The notes under the pieces: model-generated
Databases searched by the model: none
Told to the model about the DNA's origin: nothing
What the model saw: only the letters and a program-made list of their open reading frames with translations
Position numbers and translations under genes: made by a program
From: an uncultured bacterium
GTDB taxonomy: Bacteria > Actinomycetota > Acidimicrobiia > Spongiisociales > UBA5794
Length of the DNA: 64,000 nt
NCBI GenBank assembly: GCA_963801165.1
Contig: CAWDDT010000005.1
Coordinates: 384,001-448,000, forward strand
Direction of reading: 5' to 3'
In this document: positions 19,106-28,392 of the stretch, in pieces
Position numbering within the stretch: the first letter of the stretch is position 1
How the letters are laid out: each line of letters begins with the position of its first letter

Positions 19106-20281
19106 TCAGTCGATACGCAAGCTGACGACGTCCTCCCACTTTCCGGACTCGAAGGACCGGATCATGGCGGCCATCACTGAGGCTACGTTGAGCGCGTCGT
19201 TGAAGTTGGGGTAGTTCGTGCCACCTGCGGCCACGGCCGTCATGAACTCCAGTGCCTCGATCACCTTCAAGTCCTCGTAGCCGATGGAGTTGCCGCCACC
19301 GGGGACGAAATTGCCGTGGTGAGGGAATTGGTCGCCGGACAAGACCTCGATGAAGCCATCCGCCGGCTGCTCCTCGGGGAGATACAGCTGGAGCTGGTTG
19401 AGCTTTTCGTGGTCCCACATCGCGGCGCCCTTGGCTCCGTTGACCTCGAAGCGCATTTGACTCTGCGGCCCGAAGATCGAGCGGTCTGCTTCGAGCGTGC
19501 CGCGCGCTCCGTTCTCGAACTCGACCAGAGCACCGACGTAGTCTTCGTTGGTGACCTCCCCCATCGGGTCACCCGGCTTGCCCCGGTCGTAGTGGGTGCC
19601 TTTGCCCGGTGTCGGCAGGGGACGCTGTTTGACGAAGATCTCCTTGGTGGCCACGACTCTCTTGATCGGCCCGCTGATGTAGTGGGCCATGTCGAGAGCG
19701 TGGGACATGATGTCTGCGAGCACCCCGTATCCGGCCGCCTCCTGCTTGAAGCGCCATGAAAGGAGACCTAGCCGATCACGCCCGTACATCGAGAAGAACC
19801 GGCCCCGATAGTGAGTCAGCTCGCCGAGCCTGCCGTCGTCGATGAGCCGGCGGGTGTATTGCACGAGCGGTGCCTGGCGGTAGTTGTAGCCGCAGCCGGT
19901 GACAACGCCGGCGTCCCGTGCCGCCTTCTCGATGACGGCCGTGGCCTGGGGGGAGATGCCGACGGGCTTCTCACACGTGATGTGCTTGCCCGCGGCTGCG
20001 GCGGCTACCGCAAGCTCTTCGTGCATGCTGGTGGGAGCGGTGATGTCGATGACATCGATGTCGTCCCGTTCCAGCAGGTCATGCCAATCAGCGGTTCCGG
20101 ATTCGAACCCGAAGTTGCTGATGGCCAGATCGACCCGTTCCGGGACGTTGTCGGCGATGGCAACGAGCCTGGGGGCGAGGCCTCGCTCCGGGAAGTACGC
20201 CGGGATGCTGCGATAGGCGCGGCTGTGTGACTGCCCCATCCATCCGAAACCGATGACGCCGACACCGATAGTCTTACTCAC
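19106..20281 (-). CDS. Gfo/Idh/MocA oxidoreductase (inositol dehydrogenase-like)
   Basis: 'IGFGWMG', 'CEKP', 'GYNYR', 'DIMSHALD'; located in the iol operon. Confidence 0.88.
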   Translation of the reverse strand: MSKTIGVGVIGFGWMGQSHSRAYRSIPAYFPERGLAPRLVAIADNVPERVDLAISNFGFESGTADWHDLLERDDIDVIDITAPTSMHEELAVAAAAAGKHITCEKPVGISPQATAVIEKAARDAGVVTGCGYNYRQAPLVQYTRRLIDDGRLGELTHYRGRFFSMYGRDRLGLLSWRFKQEAAGYGVLADIMSHALDMAHYISGPIKRVVATKEIFVKQRPLPTPGKGTHYDRGKPGDPMGEVTNEDYVGALVEFENGARGTLEADRSIFGPQSQMRFEVNGAKGAAMWDHEKLNQLQLYLPEEQPADGFIEVLSGDQFPHHGNFVPGGGNSIGYEDLKVIEALEFMTAVAAGGTNYPNFNDALNVASVMAAMIRSFESGKWEDVVSLRID

Positions 20282-20289
20282 TGTTTCTC

Positions 20290-21255
20290 CTATCTAGCCC
20301 ACACCTCAGGGTTGACGAGATGTGGTGGTCTTTGTCCGTTCACGACCTGGATGACCTGGTCGAAAGCTGAGTTGAAGATGCGCCGCTTGGCACCCGCCGT
20401 CCCGGCGGCCACGTGTGCGGTGACGACGACGTCAAGGCGGTGCAGCAGCGGATGATCGGGGGGCAGCGGCTCCGGGTCGGTGACGTCCAGCCCCGCCCCA
20501 AAGAGGTGGCCGGAGTCGAGAGCCGTTGCCAGCGCTTCCGCATCCACCAGTCCGCCGCGCGCCGTGTTGATGAGAATGGCACCCGGCTTCATCGCGGCGA
20601 GAAGGTCATGGCCGACCAGCCCTGCACTCGCTTCGGTCAGTGGGATGTGAAGCGACAGCACATCTGAGATTTGCGCAAGCTCCTCGACGGTGTCGCTGCG
20701 GGTGACCCCATCGAACCGGTCGGGATCGAGATAGGGGTCGTAAGCCGCGATGCTCATGCCGAGGCCCGAAGTGATTTCTGCGACCCGCCGGGCAATCCTC
20801 CCGTAGCCGACCAGACCCAGCGTCAACCCGGCAAGCTCGATTCCGACGTGGCGTGCGTAGAAGTCCGAGCCGCCTCCCCGCAGTTCACTCTCAGAGCGTT
20901 TGACGTTCTTGGCGGCCATCATCAGGAGCGTGACGGCGTGCTCTGCAGTGGAGATGGTGGGAGCATCCGGCGTGTTGGTGACCGCGATTCCGCGCTCCGT
21001 GGCGGCAGCAACATCCACCTTGTCGTAGCCGATCCCGGTGCGGGCAATGACTCGGAGACCAGGGGCGAGATCCATCAGCGCACCGTCGTAGACGTGCTGG
21101 GAAGCGACGATACCCAACGCCCCCGGAAGGCCCGCATAGGGATCGTCTGGAGTAGCCGAGGCCGGTCCGAGGATGGTTGCCTCCCCGGCGACGCGGGCGC
21201 GCAGATCCGGCAGGATCTCTCGTTCAAACCATACAGGCGGCAACGACGCGGGCAA
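20290..21255 (-). CDS. D-isomer-specific 2-hydroxyacid dehydrogenase
   Basis: 'GIGYDKVD', 'GYGRIA', 'INTARGGLVD', 'LDVTDPEP'. Confidence 0.9.
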   Translation of the reverse strand: MPASLPPVWFEREILPDLRARVAGEATILGPASATPDDPYAGLPGALGIVASQHVYDGALMDLAPGLRVIARTGIGYDKVDVAAATERGIAVTNTPDAPTISTAEHAVTLLMMAAKNVKRSESELRGGGSDFYARHVGIELAGLTLGLVGYGRIARRVAEITSGLGMSIAAYDPYLDPDRFDGVTRSDTVEELAQISDVLSLHIPLTEASAGLVGHDLLAAMKPGAILINTARGGLVDAEALATALDSGHLFGAGLDVTDPEPLPPDHPLLHRLDVVVTAHVAAGTAGAKRRIFNSAFDQVIQVVNGQRPPHLVNPEVWAR

Positions 21256-21294
21256 TCAGGTCCTCCGATTGTCCTGCCATACTACATCGTGCGA

Positions 21295-21308
21295 TTGGAA
21301 CGTTCCAA
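21295..21308. promoter_or_regulatory. LacI-type operator TTGGAACGTTCCAA (copy 3)
   Basis: 14-bp perfect palindrome upstream of the first iol gene; -10 TAGTAT on minus strand at 21279-21284. Confidence 0.82.
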
Positions 21309-21365
21309 GCCGAGTAGGTGCCTTCTGCCCGGGCGCGTCGCACCCGCGGCTAGGCTCATCCGGCC

Positions 21366-21740
21366 ATGACTCAGCAACCGGAAAGAATCCAGGATCGCAT
21401 GCGTGCTGCATTGCCCGCAGCCATGAAGGCGCGTGACAAGATCACCGTCGCCGCGTTGCGATCCGCGCTGGCCGCGATCGAGAATGCCGGGGCGGTGGCT
21501 ACCCCGGACGCCCCTACCCCCCTGATCGGCAACAGCGGGGTCGCCGGTGCTGCCATCGGCGTCGGCGCCACGGAGGTTGCCCGCCGTGATCTCAGCGAAG
21601 CCCACGTCACCGAGATCGTGCGCGGCGAGATAGCCGAACGGCAACGGGCCGCCGCAACCTACGAGCAAGCCGGACGGTACGACCGGGCGCGGGCACTCCA
21701 CGACGAGGCCGCCGTGCTCACCGCGCACCTCGGTCGCTGA
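21366..21740 (+). CDS. YqeY/GatB-like small protein
   Basis: 'ALPAAMKARD...ALRSALAAIENA...EVARRDLSE...YEQAGR'. Confidence 0.75.
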   Translation: MTQQPERIQDRMRAALPAAMKARDKITVAALRSALAAIENAGAVATPDAPTPLIGNSGVAGAAIGVGATEVARRDLSEAHVTEIVRGEIAERQRAAATYEQAGRYDRARALHDEAAVLTAHLGR

Positions 21741-21927
21741 CGGCGCCGGGCGGATCCGTCCCAACCATTCGGAGCGATTGACCCGTACGGTGGTTGTCCC
21801 GACAGGGCGAAGGAAGACGTCATGCCCGACAGTGCCGCACGCAGAACCGCCACGGCTGACTCCTTCCTCTACTTGTCTGATGGTGCGAGGGGTTGGATCC
21901 ACTCCCTCGTGTTGAAGTCGATTTCCC

Positions 21928-22027
21928 GGACGTCTGGTGGGACGTCTGGCGGGATGTCTGGTGGGACGTCTGGTGGGACGTCTGGTGGGACGTCTGGTGG
22001 GACGTCTGGTGGGACGTCTGGTGGGAC
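21928..22027. repeat. 12-bp tandem repeat GGACGTCTGGTG, 8 copies plus a partial
   Basis: Read directly; copies 2 and 3 each carry one mismatch. Confidence 0.95.
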
Positions 22028-22106
22028 TAAGGATCTGCCAAATCAAACCGGATCCTGGTTGAGACTGGTCACTAGCCTTGACGGGGCACCCAATAGGGAG
22101 CGATGC

Positions 22107-22586
22107 ATGCCAGACGATCGCAAGAAGCCGGCCCGGATTCCCCCACGATGGTTCGTTCGCACCGCCTGGTCCGTGCACCGCGGCTTGTACCGCGTGACCG
22201 GTCACCGGTTCGGGCTGCGCCGGGTGAAGGGCAGCCGCTGGGGAATGATGCATCTCACCACCATCGGGCGTCGCACCGGGCAGGAACGAGGGGTCATCCT
22301 CGGCTACTTCGACGACGGACCGAACCTGGTCACGATGGCGATGAACGGCTGGGGCGAAGCCGAACCCGCCTGGTGGCTCAACCTACAGGCGCACCCGGAC
22401 GTCACCGTCAATCTCGTCGGCGGCAGCCGCAACGTCAGGGGCCGAGCCGCAAAGGGATACGAACGGGAACGACTGTGGGACCGCTGGCGAGAGTTCGACG
22501 CAAAACTCGATGACTACGCGGCGCTCCGATCCGGTGAGACCACCGTCGTCGTCCTCGAACCGTCGACCGGCACCAGAGGCCTCTAG
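22107..22586 (+). CDS. F420-dependent (deazaflavin) nitroreductase family, Ddn-like
   Basis: 'LTTIGRRTGQER', 'AMNGW...PAWWLNLQAHP', 'VVVLEP'. Confidence 0.85.
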   Translation: MPDDRKKPARIPPRWFVRTAWSVHRGLYRVTGHRFGLRRVKGSRWGMMHLTTIGRRTGQERGVILGYFDDGPNLVTMAMNGWGEAEPAWWLNLQAHPDVTVNLVGGSRNVRGRAAKGYERERLWDRWREFDAKLDDYAALRSGETTVVVLEPSTGTRGL

Positions 22587-22607
22587 CGTCGCAAGAAACG
22601 GCAGGGG

Positions 22608-23489
22608 TCAGCCGGCGAACACCGGCTCGGGTAGGCCACCGACGCCGGGGTCGAATACGAAGAGGCCGCCGTGGGGGCCGGGACCGTCCTTTTCCGGGTC
22701 GCGTACTCCGATGCTGGTGATGTACATCGTGTCGAGGTTCGGGCCACCGAACGCAGGCATTGTCGGGCGAATTACCGGCACGTCGACCACCCGGTCGACA
22801 GCACCGTTCGGCGTGATCCGCGCCACCGCCGCCCCACCGACACACGCCACCCAGTAGCAGCCCGTCTCGTCGACACATGCGCCGTCCGGCTTTCCGGGAA
22901 GCCCCGCAGCTCCGAACTCCAGGAACACCCGCTCGTTGTGTCGTTCACCCGTGTCGACGTCGTAGTCGTATGCGAACACGGTCTTGTCCAGGGTCTCCGC
23001 CCAGTACATCGTCTTGCCGTCGGGCGAGAAGGCCGTGCCGTTGGCGCAGCCGACATGGTCACGAACCGTCGCGAAGCTCCCGTCGGGCTCCACCCGGTGC
23101 AGGTAGGACACGTACTGCATAGCGGACGTCGGGTCGTAGATGCCGCCCACCCAGAAGCGACCTGCCGGATCGCACCGCCCGTCGTTGAGCCGGACGTTCG
23201 GCTGCGTCTCCTCGAGCGTCATCCACGGCGTCAGCTCGCCGTTGTCGAGGTCCAGCCAGGCCATCCCGACGTCGACGGCAACCAACAGACGTGACGGGTC
23301 GGCCGTCTTGCCGAGCGCGGTCGGCTTGCCTTCCAGATCCCACTTGCGGTCGTCTCCCGTCTCCGGTGAGAAGGCGTGCACCGCACAGCCGTCGATATCG
23401 ACCCAGTAGAGGACACCCTGCTCCGCGCTCCACACCGGGCTCTCGCCCAGCTTGGCGCCTGCGTCGAGGATCAGCTCGGCCGATGCCAT
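22608..23489 (-). CDS. SMP-30/gluconolactonase family protein
   Basis: 'LGESPVW', 'RLNDGRCDPAGRFW', 'NGTAFSPD', 'PDGACVD', 'FGGPNLD'. Confidence 0.92.
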   Translation of the reverse strand: MASAELILDAGAKLGESPVWSAEQGVLYWVDIDGCAVHAFSPETGDDRKWDLEGKPTALGKTADPSRLLVAVDVGMAWLDLDNGELTPWMTLEETQPNVRLNDGRCDPAGRFWVGGIYDPTSAMQYVSYLHRVEPDGSFATVRDHVGCANGTAFSPDGKTMYWAETLDKTVFAYDYDVDTGERHNERVFLEFGAAGLPGKPDGACVDETGCYWVACVGGAAVARITPNGAVDRVVDVPVIRPTMPAFGGPNLDTMYITSIGVRDPEKDGPGPHGGLFVFDPGVGGLPEPVFAG

Positions 23490-23490
23490 G

Positions 23491-24444
23491 TCACACCCCC
23501 GCCAGTTCGTGGTGCTCCACCTCGTGCCGGAAGGTTGCTAGGAACCGCTCCAGATCTGGGAGGTCGTAGTCGAGCGCTAATGCGGTGGCACCTGCATCGA
23601 GCGTCGTGTCGATGGGGATGCGCATCCCTCCGGTGCCGCTGAAGTCGCCGGTGCTTGTAGTGATCAACCCGGGATCGAGGTCGAAAGCCTCTGCGGTTGC
23701 CGTGGCGAGAGCGACCCTTCCGATGCTGAAGCCGCCAACGCAGTGGAACACCCCGCGCACATCCTTCTCGATGATGCGCATGATCATCTCGGCGCTCTCG
23801 CTGGCCAGGCTCGGCGTCGCCCTCATGTTGAGCTGTCCGGTCCACACCGGGAATTGCCGCCCGGCCTGCAACTCGTGCACCACGGCACCGACGAAGTACC
23901 CCATTCCGACGTTCTGGGTGGGCACCCAATCCTCCCGCGCCCAGTGGGTCCCGCTCACCGCGGCCACCCGGGCGACCACCCCGTTGTCGGCAGTGGCCTG
24001 CACCAGCGTTTCGCAGACGACCTTGAGCACGCCGTACAGGTTGGTCGGGTTGGGTGGCGTTGCCTCCGTCGCCCCGGGTTGCGCACCGTCGAAGACCCAG
24101 TCGGTGGAGACAAGCACCATCTTGGCCCCGACCTCGTTGGAGGCATCGATCAGGGTCCTGGTGGCCTCTACGTATACGTTCCAGGCGGACATCCGATCCT
24201 TGTGCATCGCGTCCCAGTCCAAAGTCGCCGCCGAGTGCACAATGGCGTCGGGTTGAGCATCGAGCACCGCGGTGCGCATGGCGTCACGGTCGGTCATGTC
24301 GAGGTTCACGATCGAGAACTGCTCTCTGCCGTCACTGCGATAGCTGTGTGCCGTGGTGATCACGTCGGCGCCGTGCCGTTCGGCGGCCACCTTCACGATG
24401 TTGCTGCCGACGAATCCTGTCCCCCCGGTCACAAATAACTTCAC
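23491..24444 (-). CDS. Extended SDR, RmlD-like NAD(P)-dependent reductase/epimerase
   Basis: 'FVTGGTGFVG', 'VSTDWVFDG', 'YGVLK'. Confidence 0.85.
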   Translation of the reverse strand: MKLFVTGGTGFVGSNIVKVAAERHGADVITTAHSYRSDGREQFSIVNLDMTDRDAMRTAVLDAQPDAIVHSAATLDWDAMHKDRMSAWNVYVEATRTLIDASNEVGAKMVLVSTDWVFDGAQPGATEATPPNPTNLYGVLKVVCETLVQATADNGVVARVAAVSGTHWAREDWVPTQNVGMGYFVGAVVHELQAGRQFPVWTGQLNMRATPSLASESAEMIMRIIEKDVRGVFHCVGGFSIGRVALATATAEAFDLDPGLITTSTGDFSGTGGMRIPIDTTLDAGATALALDYDLPDLERFLATFRHEVEHHELAGV

Positions 24445-24578
24445 AGCTCCTCCAGAGGGGACAGCTCCCGCGATCATATACAGGGCATCACCGCGAGATG
24501 GCGAGCCGGGTGGGAATCTCGACACGTTCCTCCGATTCTTCGGGGAGGTCCGTAGCATTGGGGGTGGAGGTGTGTGTG

Positions 24579-25667
24579 GTGACACTCGAATCAACCGTTC
24601 CCACCGTCTACTGGCATGAGTTGGACGACGGGCGTGTTCAATGTGACCTGTGCCCGCGGCAGTGCAAGCTCCGCGAAGGCCAGCGTGGCCTGTGCTACGT
24701 GCGGACCCGGGAAGACGACCAGATTGTCCTCACCACCTACGGGCGCTCCAGCGGATTCTGCATCGACCCCATCGAGAAGAAGCCGCTCAACCACTTCCTG
24801 CCCGGCACTCCGGTGCTGTCGTTTGGGACCGCAGGATGCAACCTCGCCTGCCGGTTCTGCCAGAACTGGGACATCTCCAAGTCGAAGGAGTTCGACACCC
24901 TCAGCGACCAGGCTTCACCGGAGCAGATCGCAGCTGCCGCCAAAGCGACCGGGTGCCGGAGCATCGCCTTCACCTACAACGACCCGGTGATCTTCCACGA
25001 GTACGCCATCGACGCCGCAGACGCGGCCAGGGACCAGGGCTTGAAAGCGGTGGCGGTGACGGCCGGGTATGTGATGCCGGATCCGCGCCGCGAGTTCTAC
25101 GAGCACATGGATGCTGCCAACATCGACCTCAAGGCCTTCACCGACGAGTTCTATCACCGTGTCTCCGCCGCCGCCCTCCGCCCCGTTCTCGACACGCTCG
25201 AATATGTCGCCAACGAGACCGACGTCTGGCTGGAGATCACAACGCTCCTCATCCCCGGGTACAACGACTCCATAGAGGAGATCGACGAGATGACCCGTTG
25301 GGTCGTCACCAACCTCGGCCCCGACATACCTCACCATTTCTCCGCTTTCCACCCCGACTTCAAGATGCTCGACGTTCCCCGCACGCCGCCGGCGACATTG
25401 ACCCGGGCTCGCCGGATCGCTCTCGACAACGGCGAGCGCTACGTGTACACCGGGAACGTCCACGACCCGGACGGTCAGACCACCTATTGCCACAACTGTG
25501 GAACCGCCCTTATCGAGCGCGACTGGTACCGGCTCGGCGACTGGCGGCTCGACGGCAACGGTCGCTGCACATCCTGCGGGACCGGATGCGCCGGCGTGTT
25601 CGAGTCGCAGCCGGGAACATGGGGAGCGGCCCGCCGCCCGGTCCGGATCAGCGGCTACAAATCCTGA
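24579..25667 (+). CDS. amrS: AmmeMemoRadiSam system radical SAM enzyme
   Basis: 'CDLCPRQC', 'DPIEKKPLNHF.PG', 'GCNLACRFCQNWDIS', 'YVYTGNV'. Confidence 0.93.
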   Translation: MTLESTVPTVYWHELDDGRVQCDLCPRQCKLREGQRGLCYVRTREDDQIVLTTYGRSSGFCIDPIEKKPLNHFLPGTPVLSFGTAGCNLACRFCQNWDISKSKEFDTLSDQASPEQIAAAAKATGCRSIAFTYNDPVIFHEYAIDAADAARDQGLKAVAVTAGYVMPDPRREFYEHMDAANIDLKAFTDEFYHRVSAAALRPVLDTLEYVANETDVWLEITTLLIPGYNDSIEEIDEMTRWVVTNLGPDIPHHFSAFHPDFKMLDVPRTPPATLTRARRIALDNGERYVYTGNVHDPDGQTTYCHNCGTALIERDWYRLGDWRLDGNGRCTSCGTGCAGVFESQPGTWGAARRPVRISGYKS

Positions 25668-25681
25668 GCCGCATTCCGGCT

Positions 25682-26464
25682 TCAGAGTCCCAGGACGAAC
25701 GCTCCGTATCCCACCACCCGATCGGATGGCCCGGCCGTGTCGCCCGAGTTTCTCAGGTCGAGCATCGTCACCCGATAGCCGAGACGGGTCGCCAGCTCCA
25801 ATGCAATCTGGATGGCCGTGCGCCCGCAGGCGGACTCATGCTCGAGCGCGGCCCAGTCGAGCCGGACGATGGCCGCGGCGGTGGCCGCGTCGAGGCGACG
25901 TGCAATCTTCGAGTCGTAGTAGTGCGAGAGATCCGAAGAGACGAGCAGCAATGTCTTGTCATCGAGAAGGGGGGCAACGACGTCGGCTCCCTGCCTGGGT
26001 GTTATCGCTCCGGTCAGCAGCGGCACCACCGAAACGCCCGGTGTCACCACCTGGAGGAACGGGAGCTGCACCTCGAGCGAATGCTCGCGCCTATGGGCCT
26101 CCGGGTCCTCGGTGACCAGCGAATCCGCCAACAGTCCGCGGCATGCATCCGCGTCGATCGAGACGATCCCGAGCGGTGTCTCCATACCGTCCGCCCCGGG
26201 CAACGTCATCCCGGCAAAAGGCACGTAGTGTGCCGGACCGAGCAGCACCACCCTCTCGACCGGCACGTTCTCGAGACACCGGTATGCGCGAGCCGCCACC
26301 GGTCCGGAGTAGATGTATCCCGCATGGGGAACAATCAGCATGCGCACCGACGAGTCGGGTTGCGGCACCCCTGCCGCGTCGAGGTGCGCCCGGACGTCGC
26401 CCTCCAGCCGGACGGGATCGGAGGGATAGAAAGTGCCTGCAACCGCAGCTCGGCGTGTCGACAT
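25682..26464 (-). CDS. amrB: AmmeMemoRadiSam system protein B (MEMO1 family)
   Basis: 'AVAGTFYP', 'PHAGYIYSG', 'EHSLEVQLPFLQ', 'SSDLSHY', 'VVGY'. Confidence 0.95.
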   Translation of the reverse strand: MSTRRAAVAGTFYPSDPVRLEGDVRAHLDAAGVPQPDSSVRMLIVPHAGYIYSGPVAARAYRCLENVPVERVVLLGPAHYVPFAGMTLPGADGMETPLGIVSIDADACRGLLADSLVTEDPEAHRREHSLEVQLPFLQVVTPGVSVVPLLTGAITPRQGADVVAPLLDDKTLLLVSSDLSHYYDSKIARRLDAATAAAIVRLDWAALEHESACGRTAIQIALELATRLGYRVTMLDLRNSGDTAGPSDRVVGYGAFVLGL

Positions 26465-26545
26465 ACGACTCCTTCTTCTCAAGGGTACGCTCGCCCGTCA
26501 CCACCGACAAGGTGTGGTCAACCGAGCGACTGACCCCTACACCGC

Positions 26546-27160
26546 TCAGTCGTTCTCGACACAGTGCGGTGTGCCCGCATCAATCGGCCAGATGGCTTCG
26601 GCGTCCGCAGCGCGAGCTCGCAGTTCGGTGGCGTCGATCACGAGACGGCATTCCGGAATGGCGAAAGCCGGCCACTCGGCGACGATAGTCAGCGGTCCCG
26701 CCGGCGGCAGAGGCCACACCCAGTACTGCATGTTGTAGGAATCCTCTCCCCCTCCGCCCCGGCGAAAGCCGATAATCGGTTGCTTGGGTCGGTCGTCGGC
26801 GTGCTTGGGCTGCCACCGTCGCTCGAGATTTGTCCACTTCGTCCCGTCCGCCAGCATCACCCCCAAACGAAGAAAGTCATCCGAAAGCGGTTGCGATCGC
26901 GGTCCGTGCAGATCGAAAACGAGATCACCCTGATAGTCCTCCGGGTTGCGAAAGCGGACATGAAGGGTGAACTCGAGACCGTTCGGGTAGACCAGGAAAC
27001 GGTGGGCCATCATGAACACCTGGTCGGTCTTGAACACCTGAGCGTTCTGCGCCGACACACCCGGCAGCATGCCGGGTGGCGGTCCCAGCCACTCCGGCTG
27101 CTGCCCTCCCGGCCATCGAGGCGGTTCGGGAGGTGGAGCAGGAACCTCGAAGAAGCTCAC
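26546..27160 (-). CDS. Hypothetical protein
   Basis: Protein-like composition ('PEWLGPP', 'YPNGLEF', 'YWVWPLPPAGPL...EWP'); GTG start inferred. Confidence 0.6.
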   Translation of the reverse strand: MSFFEVPAPPPEPPRWPGGQQPEWLGPPPGMLPGVSAQNAQVFKTDQVFMMAHRFLVYPNGLEFTLHVRFRNPEDYQGDLVFDLHGPRSQPLSDDFLRLGVMLADGTKWTNLERRWQPKHADDRPKQPIIGFRRGGGGEDSYNMQYWVWPLPPAGPLTIVAEWPAFAIPECRLVIDATELRARAADAEAIWPIDAGTPHCVEND

Positions 27161-27214
27161 GCCGGAACAATAGCGAGCCTGGTGGTTGTCGCCTCGTGGC
27201 GATACATTGGAGCC

Positions 27215-27742
27215 ATGGACGAGCATCCCTACGTGCAGCTGGCCAGACAGGCGATCGAGCGCTACGTGAAGGACAACGAGCTGATTCGCCCGGACGCCGA
27301 GCCCGGCGATCCGCCGCCGGTGGCATTGTTTGTCTCGATTCACGAGCGACCCGAACCCGGGGAGGCCGAAGGACGCTTGCGAGGATGCATCGGATCTACC
27401 GTTCCCACAGAGCCGACTCTGCGTAGCCAAATCGCCCGCTTGGCCGTATCGGCAGCCGTGTCCGACCCGAGGTTCCCACCGCTGACACCGGGTGAGCTGG
27501 AAGGACTCGACATAACCGTCTACCTGCTCGGCGAGCGAGAGCAGGTGGCTGATCTCTCTCAGCTCGACCCTGCCCGCTACGGCGTCATCGTCGAGAAGCA
27601 CGGGCGCATAGGCCTTCTGCTGCCTGCGATCCCATCGATCACGACCCCGGAACAGCAGGTCGCAATTGCCCGGCAGAAGGGACGCTTCCGCCCCGACGAG
27701 GACTTAGCCATGTACCGTTTCGAGGCAACGATCCTGCATTGA
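27215..27742 (+). CDS. amrA: AmmeMemoRadiSam system protein A (AMMECR1 domain)
   Basis: 'LFVSI...LRGCIGS', 'DPRFPPL', 'YGVIV...GLLLP', 'YRFE'. Confidence 0.92.
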   Translation: MDEHPYVQLARQAIERYVKDNELIRPDAEPGDPPPVALFVSIHERPEPGEAEGRLRGCIGSTVPTEPTLRSQIARLAVSAAVSDPRFPPLTPGELEGLDITVYLLGEREQVADLSQLDPARYGVIVEKHGRIGLLLPAIPSITTPEQQVAIARQKGRFRPDEDLAMYRFEATILH

Positions 27743-27804
27743 TCGGCGTGTTTTGCGTCGCACATCTCTCCTAGGCTGGCTCTTCACGCGATAGAGGAGC
27801 TTGC

Positions 27805-28371
27805 ATGGCTGTGGAATCGACAATGCTCGCGCTGGGAACCGCGGCGCCCGATTTCGATCTCGTTGACACAGTGAGTGGCCAACCCGTCAGCTTGGCCGAC
27901 CATTCTTCCAAGGCGCTCGTGGTCATGTTCATCTGCAACCACTGCCCATACGTCAAGCACGTCCAACAAGGTCTGGTCGAGTTCGGTCGTGACTATGCGG
28001 ACGCCGATGTGGACATCGTGGCCATAAGCTCCAACGACGCCACTGCCTACCCGGACGACGCCCCCAACGAGCTAGCCGCAACCGCCAGGAGGTTGGGCTA
28101 CCCCTTCCCGGTCCTCTACGACGAGACGCAAGAGGTGGCCAGGGCGTACACCGCGGCGTGCACACCGGACTTCTTTGTCTTTGGTCCCGAGCGCACCCTC
28201 GTATATCGCGGTCGCTTCGACGAATCGCGCCCCGACTCCGGCCTCCCGGTTACGGGCGCCGACCTACGAGCTGCGGTCGATTCCGTAATCGCTGGTGAGT
28301 CGGTCGCCGATATGCAGTACCCCTCGATGGGATGCAGCATCAAGTGGGCCCCGGGAAACGAGCCGTACTGA
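27805..28371 (+). CDS. Thioredoxin/AhpC-TSA (redoxin) family protein
   Basis: 'MFICNHCPYV', 'AACTPDFF', 'SMGCSIKW'. Confidence 0.92.
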   Translation: MAVESTMLALGTAAPDFDLVDTVSGQPVSLADHSSKALVVMFICNHCPYVKHVQQGLVEFGRDYADADVDIVAISSNDATAYPDDAPNELAATARRLGYPFPVLYDETQEVARAYTAACTPDFFVFGPERTLVYRGRFDESRPDSGLPVTGADLRAAVDSVIAGESVADMQYPSMGCSIKWAPGNEPY

Positions 28372-28392
28372 TCCCATGACCTGACTCGTACC

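Noticed and set aside
21928-22027. CRISPR array
   Set aside because: Contiguous 12-bp units with no spacers, and no cas genes in the window.
21822-22106. N-terminal SGGT-repeat extension of the nitroreductase
   Set aside because: The family-like sequence starts at ATG 22107 after a GGAG RBS; the extension is probably open only because the repeat preserves frame.
18333-24444. Complete sulfo-Entner-Doudoroff pathway
   Set aside because: No IlvD/Edd-type dehydratase, and the aldolase and lactonase lie in different transcription units.
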